Assembly (NCBI GenBank): GCA_017536695.1
Contig: JAFXGX010000041.1
Coordinates: 52,006 to 116,005 of the forward strand
Reading direction: 5' to 3'
Source of the DNA: Bacteroidaceae bacterium
GTDB lineage: Bacteria > Bacteroidota > Bacteroidia > Bacteroidales > Bacteroidaceae
DNA length: 64,000 nt
Every line of letters begins with the position of its first letter. Within the stretch, counting starts at the first letter, position 1. This document shows positions 20,046 to 29,425 of the stretch, piece after piece. The translations under genes and the position numbers were made by a program. The notes under the pieces were generated by a model, which was not told where the DNA came from, made no database searches, and worked only from the letters and a program-made list of their open reading frames with translations.

Positions 20046-20099
20046 ACAGCAAGTCAAAAAAAAGAAGCGCAATTGCGCTTCTTTTTTTTGACTTGCTGT
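20046..20099. terminator. 54-bp perfect palindrome; bidirectional terminator between DUF349 (+) and secG (-)
   Basis: acagcaagtcaaaaaaaagaagcgcaa|ttgcgcttcttttttttgacttgctgt has an A8/T8 run in each arm and sits between convergent genes. Confidence 0.8.
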
Positions 20100-20111
20100 C
20101 CTGTCCTTGAA

Positions 20112-20408
20112 TTAAAGAGCCGGAGTCTCAGCTGCGGGAAGAGTTGTCTCGACTGCCGCAGGGTTAGTAATCTCAACCTCGCCCTCTCTTGGAAGAGAGT
20201 AAGCAGCCGCGATGCTGATGATTACAATCAGTGCTGCGAGTGTCCATGTAGCCTTCTCAAGGAAGTCTGTTGTCTTTCTGACACCCATAATCTGGTTCGA
20301 AGAAGCGAAACCTGCAGCCAAACCACCACCCTTTGAGTTCTGAATCAATACTATTCCGCACATCAGTACAGAAACCAACACGATAAGTATAACACAAAGT
20401 AAATACAT
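20112..20408 (-). CDS. secG: Preprotein translocase subunit SecG
   Basis: 98 aa, two TM segments, LIQNSKGGGLAAGFASSNQIMG motif. Confidence 0.85.
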   Translation of the reverse strand: MYLLCVILIVLVSVLMCGIVLIQNSKGGGLAAGFASSNQIMGVRKTTDFLEKATWTLAALIVIISIAAAYSLPREGEVEITNPAAVETTLPAAETPAL

Positions 20409-20409
20409 A

Positions 20410-21135
20410 CTATTCCTTTTTTATATGTTTTATTATTTTTTCCAAAAATCTTATTTGGTCTGCAAAGTAACGATTTTTATTCGGATATTCCAAACATAAT
20501 CGTTTAATAATTTCAAGAGCTTTTTCATATTTCCCCTGTTTGATGTAAATTCCCGCAAGCGTCTCTGTAAAGAAAGAAGCCTCGGCCGGACTCTCTTCCG
20601 GTTCCTGGGGTCCGGCATCGACCACCGCAGGCTCCTGCACGTTATCTCCCCTGAAGTCAATCGCAATCTTCTCACTACCGCCCGCAAGGAACTCATCTAT
20701 AAGGTCCTGACCACGCAATGCCGGAACATCAGTACTTTCTTCGGAACACCGGTCCTTAAGATAAGCCGAGACATAATCGACCGCAGCGGCGCCCTCGGCC
20801 TCAAGTGAGACAGTCTCAGCCGGCAGAGTATCAAGGAAAGCATCAATGAGAGACATTGTCCTGTCTACCGATATGTCATCGGGCGCATTGTCGGCAACAT
20901 CAGAGACCCCGTAACCGGACATCAATTCGAACAGAGGCCACCGGCTCTTGAGATAAAGCGCCGACTTGCGCATCTCGCGTCCGAAATCGATATCATGCAG
21001 GATATACAGATTCTTCAGCATCAGAAGACGCGCCACATCAAAATAAGGGTATTTACCCACCAGAAGACGCAGTTCATAGAGGGTATCGCGGTTCAGACGC
21101 TCGGGGTGCGAAATGTATGTCGCCAGACTCTCCAT
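20410..21135 (-). CDS. Conserved hypothetical protein with a C-terminal TPR-like helix pair
   Basis: 241-aa ORF packed between the lptE-like gene and secG (3-nt and 1-nt gaps). C-terminus is YIKQGKYEKALEIIKRLCLEYPNKNRYFADQIRFLE. Confidence 0.55.
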   Translation of the reverse strand: MESLATYISHPERLNRDTLYELRLLVGKYPYFDVARLLMLKNLYILHDIDFGREMRKSALYLKSRWPLFELMSGYGVSDVADNAPDDISVDRTMSLIDAFLDTLPAETVSLEAEGAAAVDYVSAYLKDRCSEESTDVPALRGQDLIDEFLAGGSEKIAIDFRGDNVQEPAVVDAGPQEPEESPAEASFFTETLAGIYIKQGKYEKALEIIKRLCLEYPNKNRYFADQIRFLEKIIKHIKKE

Positions 21136-21138
21136 TGC

Positions 21139-21669
21139 TTACCAGTTAGCCAAAGCGGCATTGAAAATCGACTCTACAATTTCATCCACCATCTGCTTCA
21201 CAAGCTCCTCCTGCACCGAGTCGAGCGACTGGGTCGCATCAAAGTCACGTGTTGCGCTGAACGGACGTTCAAAATCCTCATCATGGTTCGTGTTGTTAGT
21301 GAAACGCACATTCACAGTCATCTTCAGCTGAACCATTGATGAAAAGCCGTCCGAAGATATCGACTTGTTGAGCTGGTCATAAGCTGTAATCTCGCCCTCG
21401 AGCTGGAGGTCACCGCCACGCTGCACCTGCTGCAACTTTGTCTGCTGCACGAACATGTCACTCAACGCCTCGTTGAACATGGTAGCCATCGGCGCCCACT
21501 GGTATGCGGCACGGTTCTGGAACTGCGCAATCGAGACTGTCTTTACTTTAGTGTAGTCAATTGAGGCACCTGTAAACTTGTAGCTGACAGTGCAGCCATA
21601 GGCCAACATCACAACAACAATGATGAGCGGCAACAGCAGCACGCCCTTTATTCCTTTATTCGATACCAT
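21139..21669 (-). CDS. LptE-like LPS-assembly lipoprotein
   Basis: Lipobox MLAYGC; 176 aa. From memory, this position between a sigma-54 activator and secG is typical of genes annotated as LptE family in Bacteroidales. Not verified by search. Confidence 0.5.
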   Translation of the reverse strand: MVSNKGIKGVLLLPLIIVVVMLAYGCTVSYKFTGASIDYTKVKTVSIAQFQNRAAYQWAPMATMFNEALSDMFVQQTKLQQVQRGGDLQLEGEITAYDQLNKSISSDGFSSMVQLKMTVNVRFTNNTNHDEDFERPFSATRDFDATQSLDSVQEELVKQMVDEIVESIFNAALANW

Positions 21670-22879
21670 ATTCTTTTATTTTTCTGTACAGAGTACGTTC
21701 CGATATATTCAGTTCCTTGGCAGCATTCCTTCTCTTACCCTTGTTCCTCTCAAGCGCCATTATAATAGTCTTCTTCTCTACATCATCGAGCGACACAGCC
21801 TCCTCGACATACTCATCGGTCGCAACAATATGCTCATAGTGGCCCGGCTGTGACTGGATGTGGTATGCCGGCGCATGCTGCACGATAGAGACATCATGCG
21901 CATCGGTATAATACGGCACATGTTCTGTGTTCTCCTTGCTCATGGCGCGCAGGCTCTCAATCTGGCTCTTGAGCTCTGTGATATCGCGCCTCATGTCAAA
22001 CAACACGCTGTAAAGAATCTCCCTCTCGCTCTCGAAGCTCTTTCCCTCGGCAGTACCATGCCCCGAAAGCATAGGCAGGTTACTCTTCGGTTCCTGCGGC
22101 AGATAGCGCATGAGTACCTCAGCCGTAAGCTCACGGTTGAGTTCAAGGATAGAGACCTGCTCGGCGATGTTTTTGAGTTGGCGGATATTACCGGGCCAGG
22201 AATATGCAACAAGAGCAGCTGCGGCATCCTCGTTGAGTTGCAGACGCGGAACATTATATTTTGCAGCGAAATCCATGCAGAATTTCTTGAAGAGCATCAC
22301 TACATCATCGCCTCTCTTGCGCAATGGCGGCACCGTTATGGGCACAGTGCTCAAACGGTAATAGAGGTCCTCGCGGAAACGTCCCTCGGCTATGGCCTCC
22401 TGTAGGTTCACGTTCGTCGCACACACTATGCGTACATTTGTCTTCTCCACCTCCGATGAGCCCACCCTGATAAACTCACCGTTCTCAAGAACACGCAACA
22501 GACGTGCCTGAGTAGGCATAGGCAGCTCAGCCACCTCATCAAGGAAGATAGTTCCACCGTCAGCCTCGCTGAAATATCCCTTTCGCTCATTCACAGCACC
22601 TGTAAAGGCACCCTTAATGTGACCGAACAGTTCCGAGTCAATGGTACCTTCCGGAATTGCTCCGCAGTTCACTGCTATGTATTTGCCATGCTTGCGCACG
22701 CTGTTCGTATGTATTATTTTAGGGAAGAACTCCTTACCCACACCACTCTCTCCGGTAATAAGCACCGTCAGGTCAGTCTTGGCAACCTGTATGGCAGTAT
22801 CTATTGCCCTCAGCAGAGCCGGGTCATTACCGATGATTCCGAACTGCTGTTTCGCTTTCTGAACTTCCGTTACATCCAT
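21656..22879 (-). CDS. Sigma-54-dependent transcriptional activator (AAA+ plus Fis-type HTH) with no N-terminal sensory domain
   Basis: Walker A GESGVGKE, GAFTGA loop (HIKGAFTGAV), Walker B IFLDEV, C-terminal HTH AAKELNISERTLYRKIKEYG. The AAA+ domain begins at about residue 13. Confidence 0.88.
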   Translation of the reverse strand: MDVTEVQKAKQQFGIIGNDPALLRAIDTAIQVAKTDLTVLITGESGVGKEFFPKIIHTNSVRKHGKYIAVNCGAIPEGTIDSELFGHIKGAFTGAVNERKGYFSEADGGTIFLDEVAELPMPTQARLLRVLENGEFIRVGSSEVEKTNVRIVCATNVNLQEAIAEGRFREDLYYRLSTVPITVPPLRKRGDDVVMLFKKFCMDFAAKYNVPRLQLNEDAAAALVAYSWPGNIRQLKNIAEQVSILELNRELTAEVLMRYLPQEPKSNLPMLSGHGTAEGKSFESEREILYSVLFDMRRDITELKSQIESLRAMSKENTEHVPYYTDAHDVSIVQHAPAYHIQSQPGHYEHIVATDEYVEEAVSLDDVEKKTIIMALERNKGKRRNAAKELNISERTLYRKIKEYGIE

Positions 22880-22967
22880 GTCTTATTTCTATTTTGTGAC
22901 AAAAATACACATTTCGCGCTTAAAAACGGCAATTTTGGCAGAAAAAATATCCAACATATCTATTGGC

Positions 22968-24821
22968 TCAAAACGGGAAGAGCAAAGGAAGCACAAGAAT
23001 CATCACAATGCCGAGTATAATCTGCAACGGCAGACCCACCTTCACATAATCGGAGAACTTGTACTGACCCGCTGGCATGACAAGAGCGTTGGGCGGTGTC
23101 GAGAACGGCGATGCGAAGCAGAGACTTGCACCCAATGTAACAGCGAACAGGAAAGGAACCGGACTCACAGCCACCTGTTGGGCTGCACTCATTGCAATGG
23201 GAGCCATAAGCACCGCCGTTGCCGTATTGCTTATGAACATTGTCATGAAGGAGGTCGTAAAATATATTCCCGCCATCAGCAGCATGGGACTATACCCGCC
23301 GAGTGTAGAGACAAGCGAGCCTGAAATCCATTCCGAGACACCGGTCTTCTGCAGTGCCACAGACATCGGCATCATCGCTGCGATGAGCACGATGCTCTCC
23401 CAGTTGATTGTCTTGTATGCAGCCTCGACATTGCGGAAACAGCCGGTAAGCACCATAAGCAGACCCGCTATCATAACCGCAGTGACGGGAGCAATGGGAA
23501 TGAAGTCAAACACCATGACTGCAATCATCGCAAGCATGATTATTGCCGCTACAGGCGCTTTGTAGTCGAGCGTGACCTTTGCAGCTTCCTCAAGCGGACG
23601 TCCTACAACAATCCACTCGTTATTATCCTTCTCAAGGCTACCTATATGATCCCAAGAGCCCTGCACCAGCAACACGTCACCCACATGAATGGCCTCATCG
23701 GCTATGCCCTGAAGAATATATTTGTTGTTTCGGCATATGCCAAGCACACTCAAGTTGTATTTTGTCCTGAACTCAACCTCTTTTATTGTCTTGTTCACCA
23801 CAGAAGATGTCGACATCACGACAATCTCGGCAACACCGATATCATAGAAGTCAAGACCGCTCTTGTTCTCATCTTCGACATCGTTCAGCACCTCAAGATT
23901 ATACCGTGAAGCAAAAAACCGCACCTTCTCATCTGTACCAGACACATAAAGCATATCATCGGCCCTAAGGATAGTGTCGGAATCTGCAGCCTCCTGAACC
24001 ACGTTCTTCGAGAGGATGTTTCTCTGAGTACGCTCAATATGGCGTACCTCAATGATATTGATACCGAAATTGTTGCGCACATCAAGTTCTCCAATCATCT
24101 TGCCAATGAGCAACGACCTTGAGTGCACCTGCAGACGGTGCAGATTGTTTGCGATGCCATACTCCTTGACAAGCGTCTTGAGCGATTTTCCGCTGCTCGC
24201 GCTTGCGCCGCTCAACGCTCCCGGCTTCGAAAGGAACCTCTTGCTCAACGGCATGAGGAGCAGCGTGCCTACAAAAGCACATATCAGGCCCACCGGCAGG
24301 AACGTAAAGAAGCCCAATCCTTCATATCCATTGTTTATGAGCGCCTCGTTTATCACAAGGTTAGGAGGGGTACCGATAAGAGTCATCATACCGCTCATGC
24401 TGCTCGCAAAGGCAAGAGGCATGAGCAGACGGCTCGGGTTCATCTTAACGCTCATGGCCATACTGACCACAATAGGTATCATTATTGCTACGGTACCGGT
24501 ATTGCTCACAAATGCTCCCATGAGAGAGGTCACAACCATAACCAGTATGAAGAGCTTTGTCTCGCTGTTGCCTGCAAGCTTCATAAGCTTGGAGCTTATC
24601 ATTTTTGCCAGTCCTGTCTGGAAAATGGCACCTCCGACAACGAAAAGACCGACCATCATTATTATTACATTGTTCGAAAAACCCGAGAGAGCCTCGGCAG
24701 GCTCAAGTATCCCCAGAACCATCAACGCCACAAGCGAGCACAGCGCGACTATATCCGAACGCACCTTTCCGCTTATAAAGAAGAATACCGAAAGAAGAAG
24801 TATGACTACTGTTTCTATCAT
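22968..24821 (-). CDS. SLC13/DASS-family anion permease with internal TrkA-C domains
   Basis: Multi-pass N- and C-terminal halves flank two soluble RCK_C-like segments. The start is set at MIETVVILLL because the longer ORF start (24872) lies upstream of the -7 box at 24843-24850. Confidence 0.75.
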   Translation of the reverse strand: MIETVVILLLSVFFFISGKVRSDIVALCSLVALMVLGILEPAEALSGFSNNVIIMMVGLFVVGGAIFQTGLAKMISSKLMKLAGNSETKLFILVMVVTSLMGAFVSNTGTVAIMIPIVVSMAMSVKMNPSRLLMPLAFASSMSGMMTLIGTPPNLVINEALINNGYEGLGFFTFLPVGLICAFVGTLLLMPLSKRFLSKPGALSGASASSGKSLKTLVKEYGIANNLHRLQVHSRSLLIGKMIGELDVRNNFGINIIEVRHIERTQRNILSKNVVQEAADSDTILRADDMLYVSGTDEKVRFFASRYNLEVLNDVEDENKSGLDFYDIGVAEIVVMSTSSVVNKTIKEVEFRTKYNLSVLGICRNNKYILQGIADEAIHVGDVLLVQGSWDHIGSLEKDNNEWIVVGRPLEEAAKVTLDYKAPVAAIIMLAMIAVMVFDFIPIAPVTAVMIAGLLMVLTGCFRNVEAAYKTINWESIVLIAAMMPMSVALQKTGVSEWISGSLVSTLGGYSPMLLMAGIYFTTSFMTMFISNTATAVLMAPIAMSAAQQVAVSPVPFLFAVTLGASLCFASPFSTPPNALVMPAGQYKFSDYVKVGLPLQIILGIVMILVLPLLFPF

Positions 24822-24842
24822 AATATAATATCTATTTTTCGG

Positions 24843-24850
24843 CAAAGTTA
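24843..24850 (-). promoter_or_regulatory. -7 box TAacTTTG (minus strand) for the SLC13 permease
   Basis: Plus strand reads caaagtta, 22 nt upstream of the ATG at 24821. Confidence 0.45.
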
Positions 24851-24915
24851 ATCTTTTTGCGTGCAAAAACAAAGCAAAAAGGAGGCCGAGAAGGCTTTTT
24901 GTAAACTATTTTATA

Positions 24916-24923
24916 TATCTTTG
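24916..24923 (+). promoter_or_regulatory. -7 box TAtcTTTG for the TamB-like gene
   Basis: tatctttg lies 62 nt upstream of the TTG at 24985. Confidence 0.45.
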
Positions 24924-24984
24924 CCGATAATGCAAAAATGCCATACGCCACCCTTCGGGCAAGACAGGAAGGGACAAATCATTA

Positions 24985-27900
24985 TTGCAAGAATCCGTAA
25001 AAAAACGACAGGCCATCAAGATACTCAAATACATATCAATAATTGTTGCAATCCTGATAGCGTTATTCTATTCGGGTGTGCTGTTTCTGCAGTCCGATGC
25101 CGCCAAGCATCGAATTGCATCTTTTACCACAGACAAGATTGGCAAGCTCTACGGCATTCCGGCGACAATAGGCAGCATCGAGATAAAGAACCTCAACGAA
25201 GCAACGCTCGAGAATGTACTCATCCTTGACCTTGACGGCGACACACTCATTTATGCCAGAAGAGCAATGGCAAGCATCGAGCCCACCAGTCTGCTCGAAA
25301 ACAGAATACAGATAAACACTCTGGCATTCGAATCGCCCGACATCAGGCTCAACCGCCCCACGAAGGAGTTGCCCTTGAATGTTCAGTTCATACTCGACAG
25401 GATTAGCTCGGACAAGAAGAAAGAGAGCGACACCAACCTAAGAATAAACCAGTTGCTCGTTTATGACGCAAAATTCAGATATGACGTGAAAAATGAGAGC
25501 CATGTTACCGACAGGCTCGACCCGAACCATATATCAGTCAACGACTTCGCATGCAACATCTCCCTGAAGAACTTCAACAAGGAGAGCCTGAACCTGTACA
25601 TACGCTCCATCAGCGGAATGGAGAGGAGCGGTCTTCAGCTCGACAAGTTCAAGGCACACATAATCGCAAAGGAGAACGGAGTCAAACTGACGGACCTCCT
25701 CATAGAACTACCTGACAGTAAAATTTCATCACAGAGCATTGAGTTCAGCAACCTCAATGACAGTCTGCAACAGATTGGCATTGACGGCGAGCTCAACTGC
25801 AGAAAGATATCATTCGATGACCTGACGCCCATACTGCCGCAACTCTCATCCCAACTGCCCGAGCTAATGTTTGACATCAAGGGCTACATGAATAACGGCA
25901 TAGCACAGGGAGACATTACCGTTGCCGCGTCAGACAACTCCTTCAGGTTAAATGGCAACACAAGAGTTGTATCGCCATACAGCGATGAACGCGAGATTGA
26001 GGCCACTATCGACACCATGTTCATCACTGAACAGGCAATGGAGATGCTTTCTTCGTTCTTCGACAGAATACCGGTGGAACTGCCCCGAAGAATCGGCGAC
26101 ACAAGCATAAGCGGCGATATATTCTACTCCAAGGACTCGCTTGACGGTAATGCCGTCATAAACAGCAGGAGCGGCATCATCAATGCCGACGTACTCCTTG
26201 ACAGTTGCGGCAACTACATGCTCACCGCCGAAGGAAAAGACATACACCTTGGCAGGATTCTGGAGAATGGCAGTTTTGAGGAGTGCGACATAAAAGCCAC
26301 ATCAAAAGGCAACATAAGAAGCACAGGAGAGCTTGCCGACTTTGACATCGAGGTAAGTTCCCTCAAGCTCCTCGAATATACTTATGCCCCTATAAGGATA
26401 ACGGGAAAGGCCAACGACAAAGAGGCAGATGCCACACTCATTACCGATGACCCCAACGTAGCCCTGTCGGCAAAGATGGAGTACCGCAAGGGGCAGAAGG
26501 AGCAAAAAATGCGGTTTACCCTCAACGTCGACTCCATAATCCCCAACAACCTGAACCTGAGTAAAAGATACCAGGAGTGCAAGTTCGCATTCGGCATCGA
26601 GTGCGACCACACGATACACCCGGCAGGTAAAAGCATAACGAATATCAAAATGCGCGACTTTGTCTTCGATGACGGCAACGACCGCGACATGCTCAAGAAC
26701 CTGCATATATATGATGACAACAACGAAGAGAAAAGGACCATAACAATCAACTCCGATATACTCAAAGCCGACCTTGTGGGCAGCTTCAGCACCTCGAGCC
26801 TGCATGAGAGTTTCCTGAAGATAGCCAAGGTTCATCTTCCCTCATTAAAGACAAGTCTCAAGAAAAGAACAAAGAGCAACAACTACTTTTACAGGGTTGA
26901 GATCAAGGAAACCAGACTGCTCAACAAACTGTTCGACTTGCCCTTTGCCATCAACGAGACATCAATCATTTCAGGCTCATGCAATGAGGACAACAACACG
27001 TTCAACGTCGAGGCCGACCTCAACAACATTGTCGCGGGAGGCACTCAGCTCCGCGCAATAAATCTCAAAGGCTCATCCGACAAGGAGCAGATTGCAATTG
27101 ATGCGAACATCCTCAAGCCGACGAAGAAAGACAAGAAAGAATTGGACTACCGTGACACAGGCAGCGATGTAATGATAGGATTCCGTTCAAAGCTCCACAA
27201 CGACACCATAAACAGCATCATCGACTGGAGCGACATAACAGAGAGCAACAAGAACAACGGCTCAGTACAGGTAGACCTGGCACTGGAACTCGACAAGAGG
27301 AACAAACTTAATTTCGACGCAAGAATAATCCCGAGCCGTTTCACTCTCAACGGACAGGAATGGCACATCACACCCGGAAACATCAAAGGCAACGGCGACA
27401 GGCTCCTTGTCAACAATCTGCACATGTCGAATGCCGGGCAGAGCCTGAGCATTGACGGTGTGGCAGGGAAATTCATTGATGACAGCCTCAATGTCAATAT
27501 AAAGAACCTTGATGTATCAACCATCCTTGGACTTACCAATTTCAGAGTGTTCAAATTCGGTGGCAAAGCGACAGGCCACGCCCTCATGACAAGTGTACTG
27601 CACAGCCTTGACGTCAACGGGCGTTTCATGATAGACAGCATGCTCATCGATGGCGCACACATGGGCAACGGCGACATAGGCATCGGTTGGATGAGCTACA
27701 ACAGTACACTCTCGCTCGACTGCGGCATCATCGGCAAGGAAAAGACCACCAGAGTGTCGGGATTCCTTTCAAGTCCAAGAGACACGATGAATCTAAGGAT
27801 TGACGCCAACGACCTGAACATTGCATTCCTCGGCAACAAGATTGACGCATTCATAAGCGAGCCCACAGGTGTCGCCAACGGCACTGTCTATGTATTGGGC

Positions 27901-29388
27901 AAGATGCGGAAACTGGACCTTGCAGGAGCGGCTGCACTCGACTGCAGTCTCAAGGTAAAGGCCAACAACGTCACATACAACATCAACGGAGACACCCTAT
28001 ACTTGCGTCCGAACACGTTGGCATTCGATAATGTAGGCATTACCGACAGATACGGCAACCATGGCCGGCTCAGAGGAAGCGTAAGCCACAGCCACCTCTC
28101 GAACTGGAGATGCGACCTAAATGTCGATGCAGAGAACATGCTTGTATATGACACACACAGTTTCGACAACATGCCATTCTATGGAACGGTATTCGCTACA
28201 GGTACAGCCAATATCAACAGCCCCGGAAGCGGTCTTTACCTCAAGGCCGATATGAGCAGCGAGCCCAACTCACACTTCTACTACAACTCGACAAGTGCCA
28301 GCGGAGCACACGACAACAGTTTCGTGACCTTCACTGACAGCAAGAAAAGCAGCACAAGGCGAAACATCAATACGGCAGAAGAGAAGAACAACACCTATGC
28401 GCTCGTGACAAGCAAGCTGAACCTCGACTTCATGCTTGACATAACCGAGACATTCCATATCAAGGTATACACCAACCTTAAGACCGATGACTACATTGAT
28501 TTCTATGGCCGGGGAACAGTGAATGCCCTTTACGATGAGAAGAACGGTTTCTCCATGAAAGGCGGCCTCAACCTTGACCGCGGAACATACAAGTTCACAA
28601 TCCAGGACATATTCCCCAAGGAGTTCAAGATTGAGAACGGCAGCACACTCTCTTTTGACGGAGACCCGTTCAGGGCCGGCCTTAACCTGAAGACCAAATA
28701 TCTTGTACCCTCGGCCTCACTCAGCGACCTGACTACAGAGACCACAAAAAACAAGACCGTCAAAGTAAACTGCGTCATGGACATCGGTGGCACGCTCGAA
28801 AGTCCCGACTTGAGTTTCGACCTCGAGCTACCCGAGGGCAGCGAGGAGGAGAAGGAGCTCCTTGCAAGCGTTGCGAGCACAAGCGAGCAGAAAAACATGC
28901 AGTTCATCTACCTGCTTGGCGTAGGCAAGTTCTACACCTTCGACTACAACAACACTGGCAGTGACAGCCAGTCATCCACAGCCATGGAGTCGCTTATCTC
29001 GAACACCCTCTCGGGACAGCTGAACAACATGCTCAGCCAGATAATAGACAACGACAACTGGGACATAACAGGCAATTTCTCTACCAGCGAGAGAGGTTGG
29101 AACCGCATGGAGGTAGAAGGCATGCTGCGCGGACGTCTGCTCGACAACCGTCTGCTCATCAACGGCAATTTCGGCTACAGGGAGAACCCCATAGCCAACA
29201 GCAACTTCATCGGAGACTTCGAGATACAATGGTTGCTGAACAAAAAAGGCAACATAAACCTAAAAGCCTACAGCAAAACCAACGACCGCTACTTCTCGAA
29301 GACCAACCTCACAACACAGGGAGCAGGCATACTCTTCAAGTTCGACTTCAACAAATGGAGATGGTGGAAGAAGGATGAGGAACAATAA
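24985..29388 (+). CDS. Translocation and assembly module TamB-like protein (DUF490 C-terminus)
   Basis: 1467 aa with one N-terminal TM anchor (YISIIVAILIALFYSGVLFL), a long beta-rich body, and a C-terminus GNFGYRENP...INLKAYSKTNDRYF...QGAGILFKFDF. The start is TTG; there is no in-frame ATG between the upstream stop (24928-24930) and about codon 94. Confidence 0.8.
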   Translation: MQESVKKRQAIKILKYISIIVAILIALFYSGVLFLQSDAAKHRIASFTTDKIGKLYGIPATIGSIEIKNLNEATLENVLILDLDGDTLIYARRAMASIEPTSLLENRIQINTLAFESPDIRLNRPTKELPLNVQFILDRISSDKKKESDTNLRINQLLVYDAKFRYDVKNESHVTDRLDPNHISVNDFACNISLKNFNKESLNLYIRSISGMERSGLQLDKFKAHIIAKENGVKLTDLLIELPDSKISSQSIEFSNLNDSLQQIGIDGELNCRKISFDDLTPILPQLSSQLPELMFDIKGYMNNGIAQGDITVAASDNSFRLNGNTRVVSPYSDEREIEATIDTMFITEQAMEMLSSFFDRIPVELPRRIGDTSISGDIFYSKDSLDGNAVINSRSGIINADVLLDSCGNYMLTAEGKDIHLGRILENGSFEECDIKATSKGNIRSTGELADFDIEVSSLKLLEYTYAPIRITGKANDKEADATLITDDPNVALSAKMEYRKGQKEQKMRFTLNVDSIIPNNLNLSKRYQECKFAFGIECDHTIHPAGKSITNIKMRDFVFDDGNDRDMLKNLHIYDDNNEEKRTITINSDILKADLVGSFSTSSLHESFLKIAKVHLPSLKTSLKKRTKSNNYFYRVEIKETRLLNKLFDLPFAINETSIISGSCNEDNNTFNVEADLNNIVAGGTQLRAINLKGSSDKEQIAIDANILKPTKKDKKELDYRDTGSDVMIGFRSKLHNDTINSIIDWSDITESNKNNGSVQVDLALELDKRNKLNFDARIIPSRFTLNGQEWHITPGNIKGNGDRLLVNNLHMSNAGQSLSIDGVAGKFIDDSLNVNIKNLDVSTILGLTNFRVFKFGGKATGHALMTSVLHSLDVNGRFMIDSMLIDGAHMGNGDIGIGWMSYNSTLSLDCGIIGKEKTTRVSGFLSSPRDTMNLRIDANDLNIAFLGNKIDAFISEPTGVANGTVYVLGKMRKLDLAGAAALDCSLKVKANNVTYNINGDTLYLRPNTLAFDNVGITDRYGNHGRLRGSVSHSHLSNWRCDLNVDAENMLVYDTHSFDNMPFYGTVFATGTANINSPGSGLYLKADMSSEPNSHFYYNSTSASGAHDNSFVTFTDSKKSSTRRNINTAEEKNNTYALVTSKLNLDFMLDITETFHIKVYTNLKTDDYIDFYGRGTVNALYDEKNGFSMKGGLNLDRGTYKFTIQDIFPKEFKIENGSTLSFDGDPFRAGLNLKTKYLVPSASLSDLTTETTKNKTVKVNCVMDIGGTLESPDLSFDLELPEGSEEEKELLASVASTSEQKNMQFIYLLGVGKFYTFDYNNTGSDSQSSTAMESLISNTLSGQLNNMLSQIIDNDNWDITGNFSTSERGWNRMEVEGMLRGRLLDNRLLINGNFGYRENPIANSNFIGDFEIQWLLNKKGNINLKAYSKTNDRYFSKTNLTTQGAGILFKFDFNKWRWWKKDEEQ

Positions 29389-29425
29389 CAAGGAACTATA
29401 ATCAAAAAAACTATATAATTAATAT

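Noticed and set aside
22880-22967. Sigma-54 (-24/-12) promoter upstream of the sigma-54 activator operon (tggatattttttctgc on the minus strand)
   Set aside because: The GG-to-GC spacing is off by one, and the flanking bases do not match TGGCAC/TTGC.
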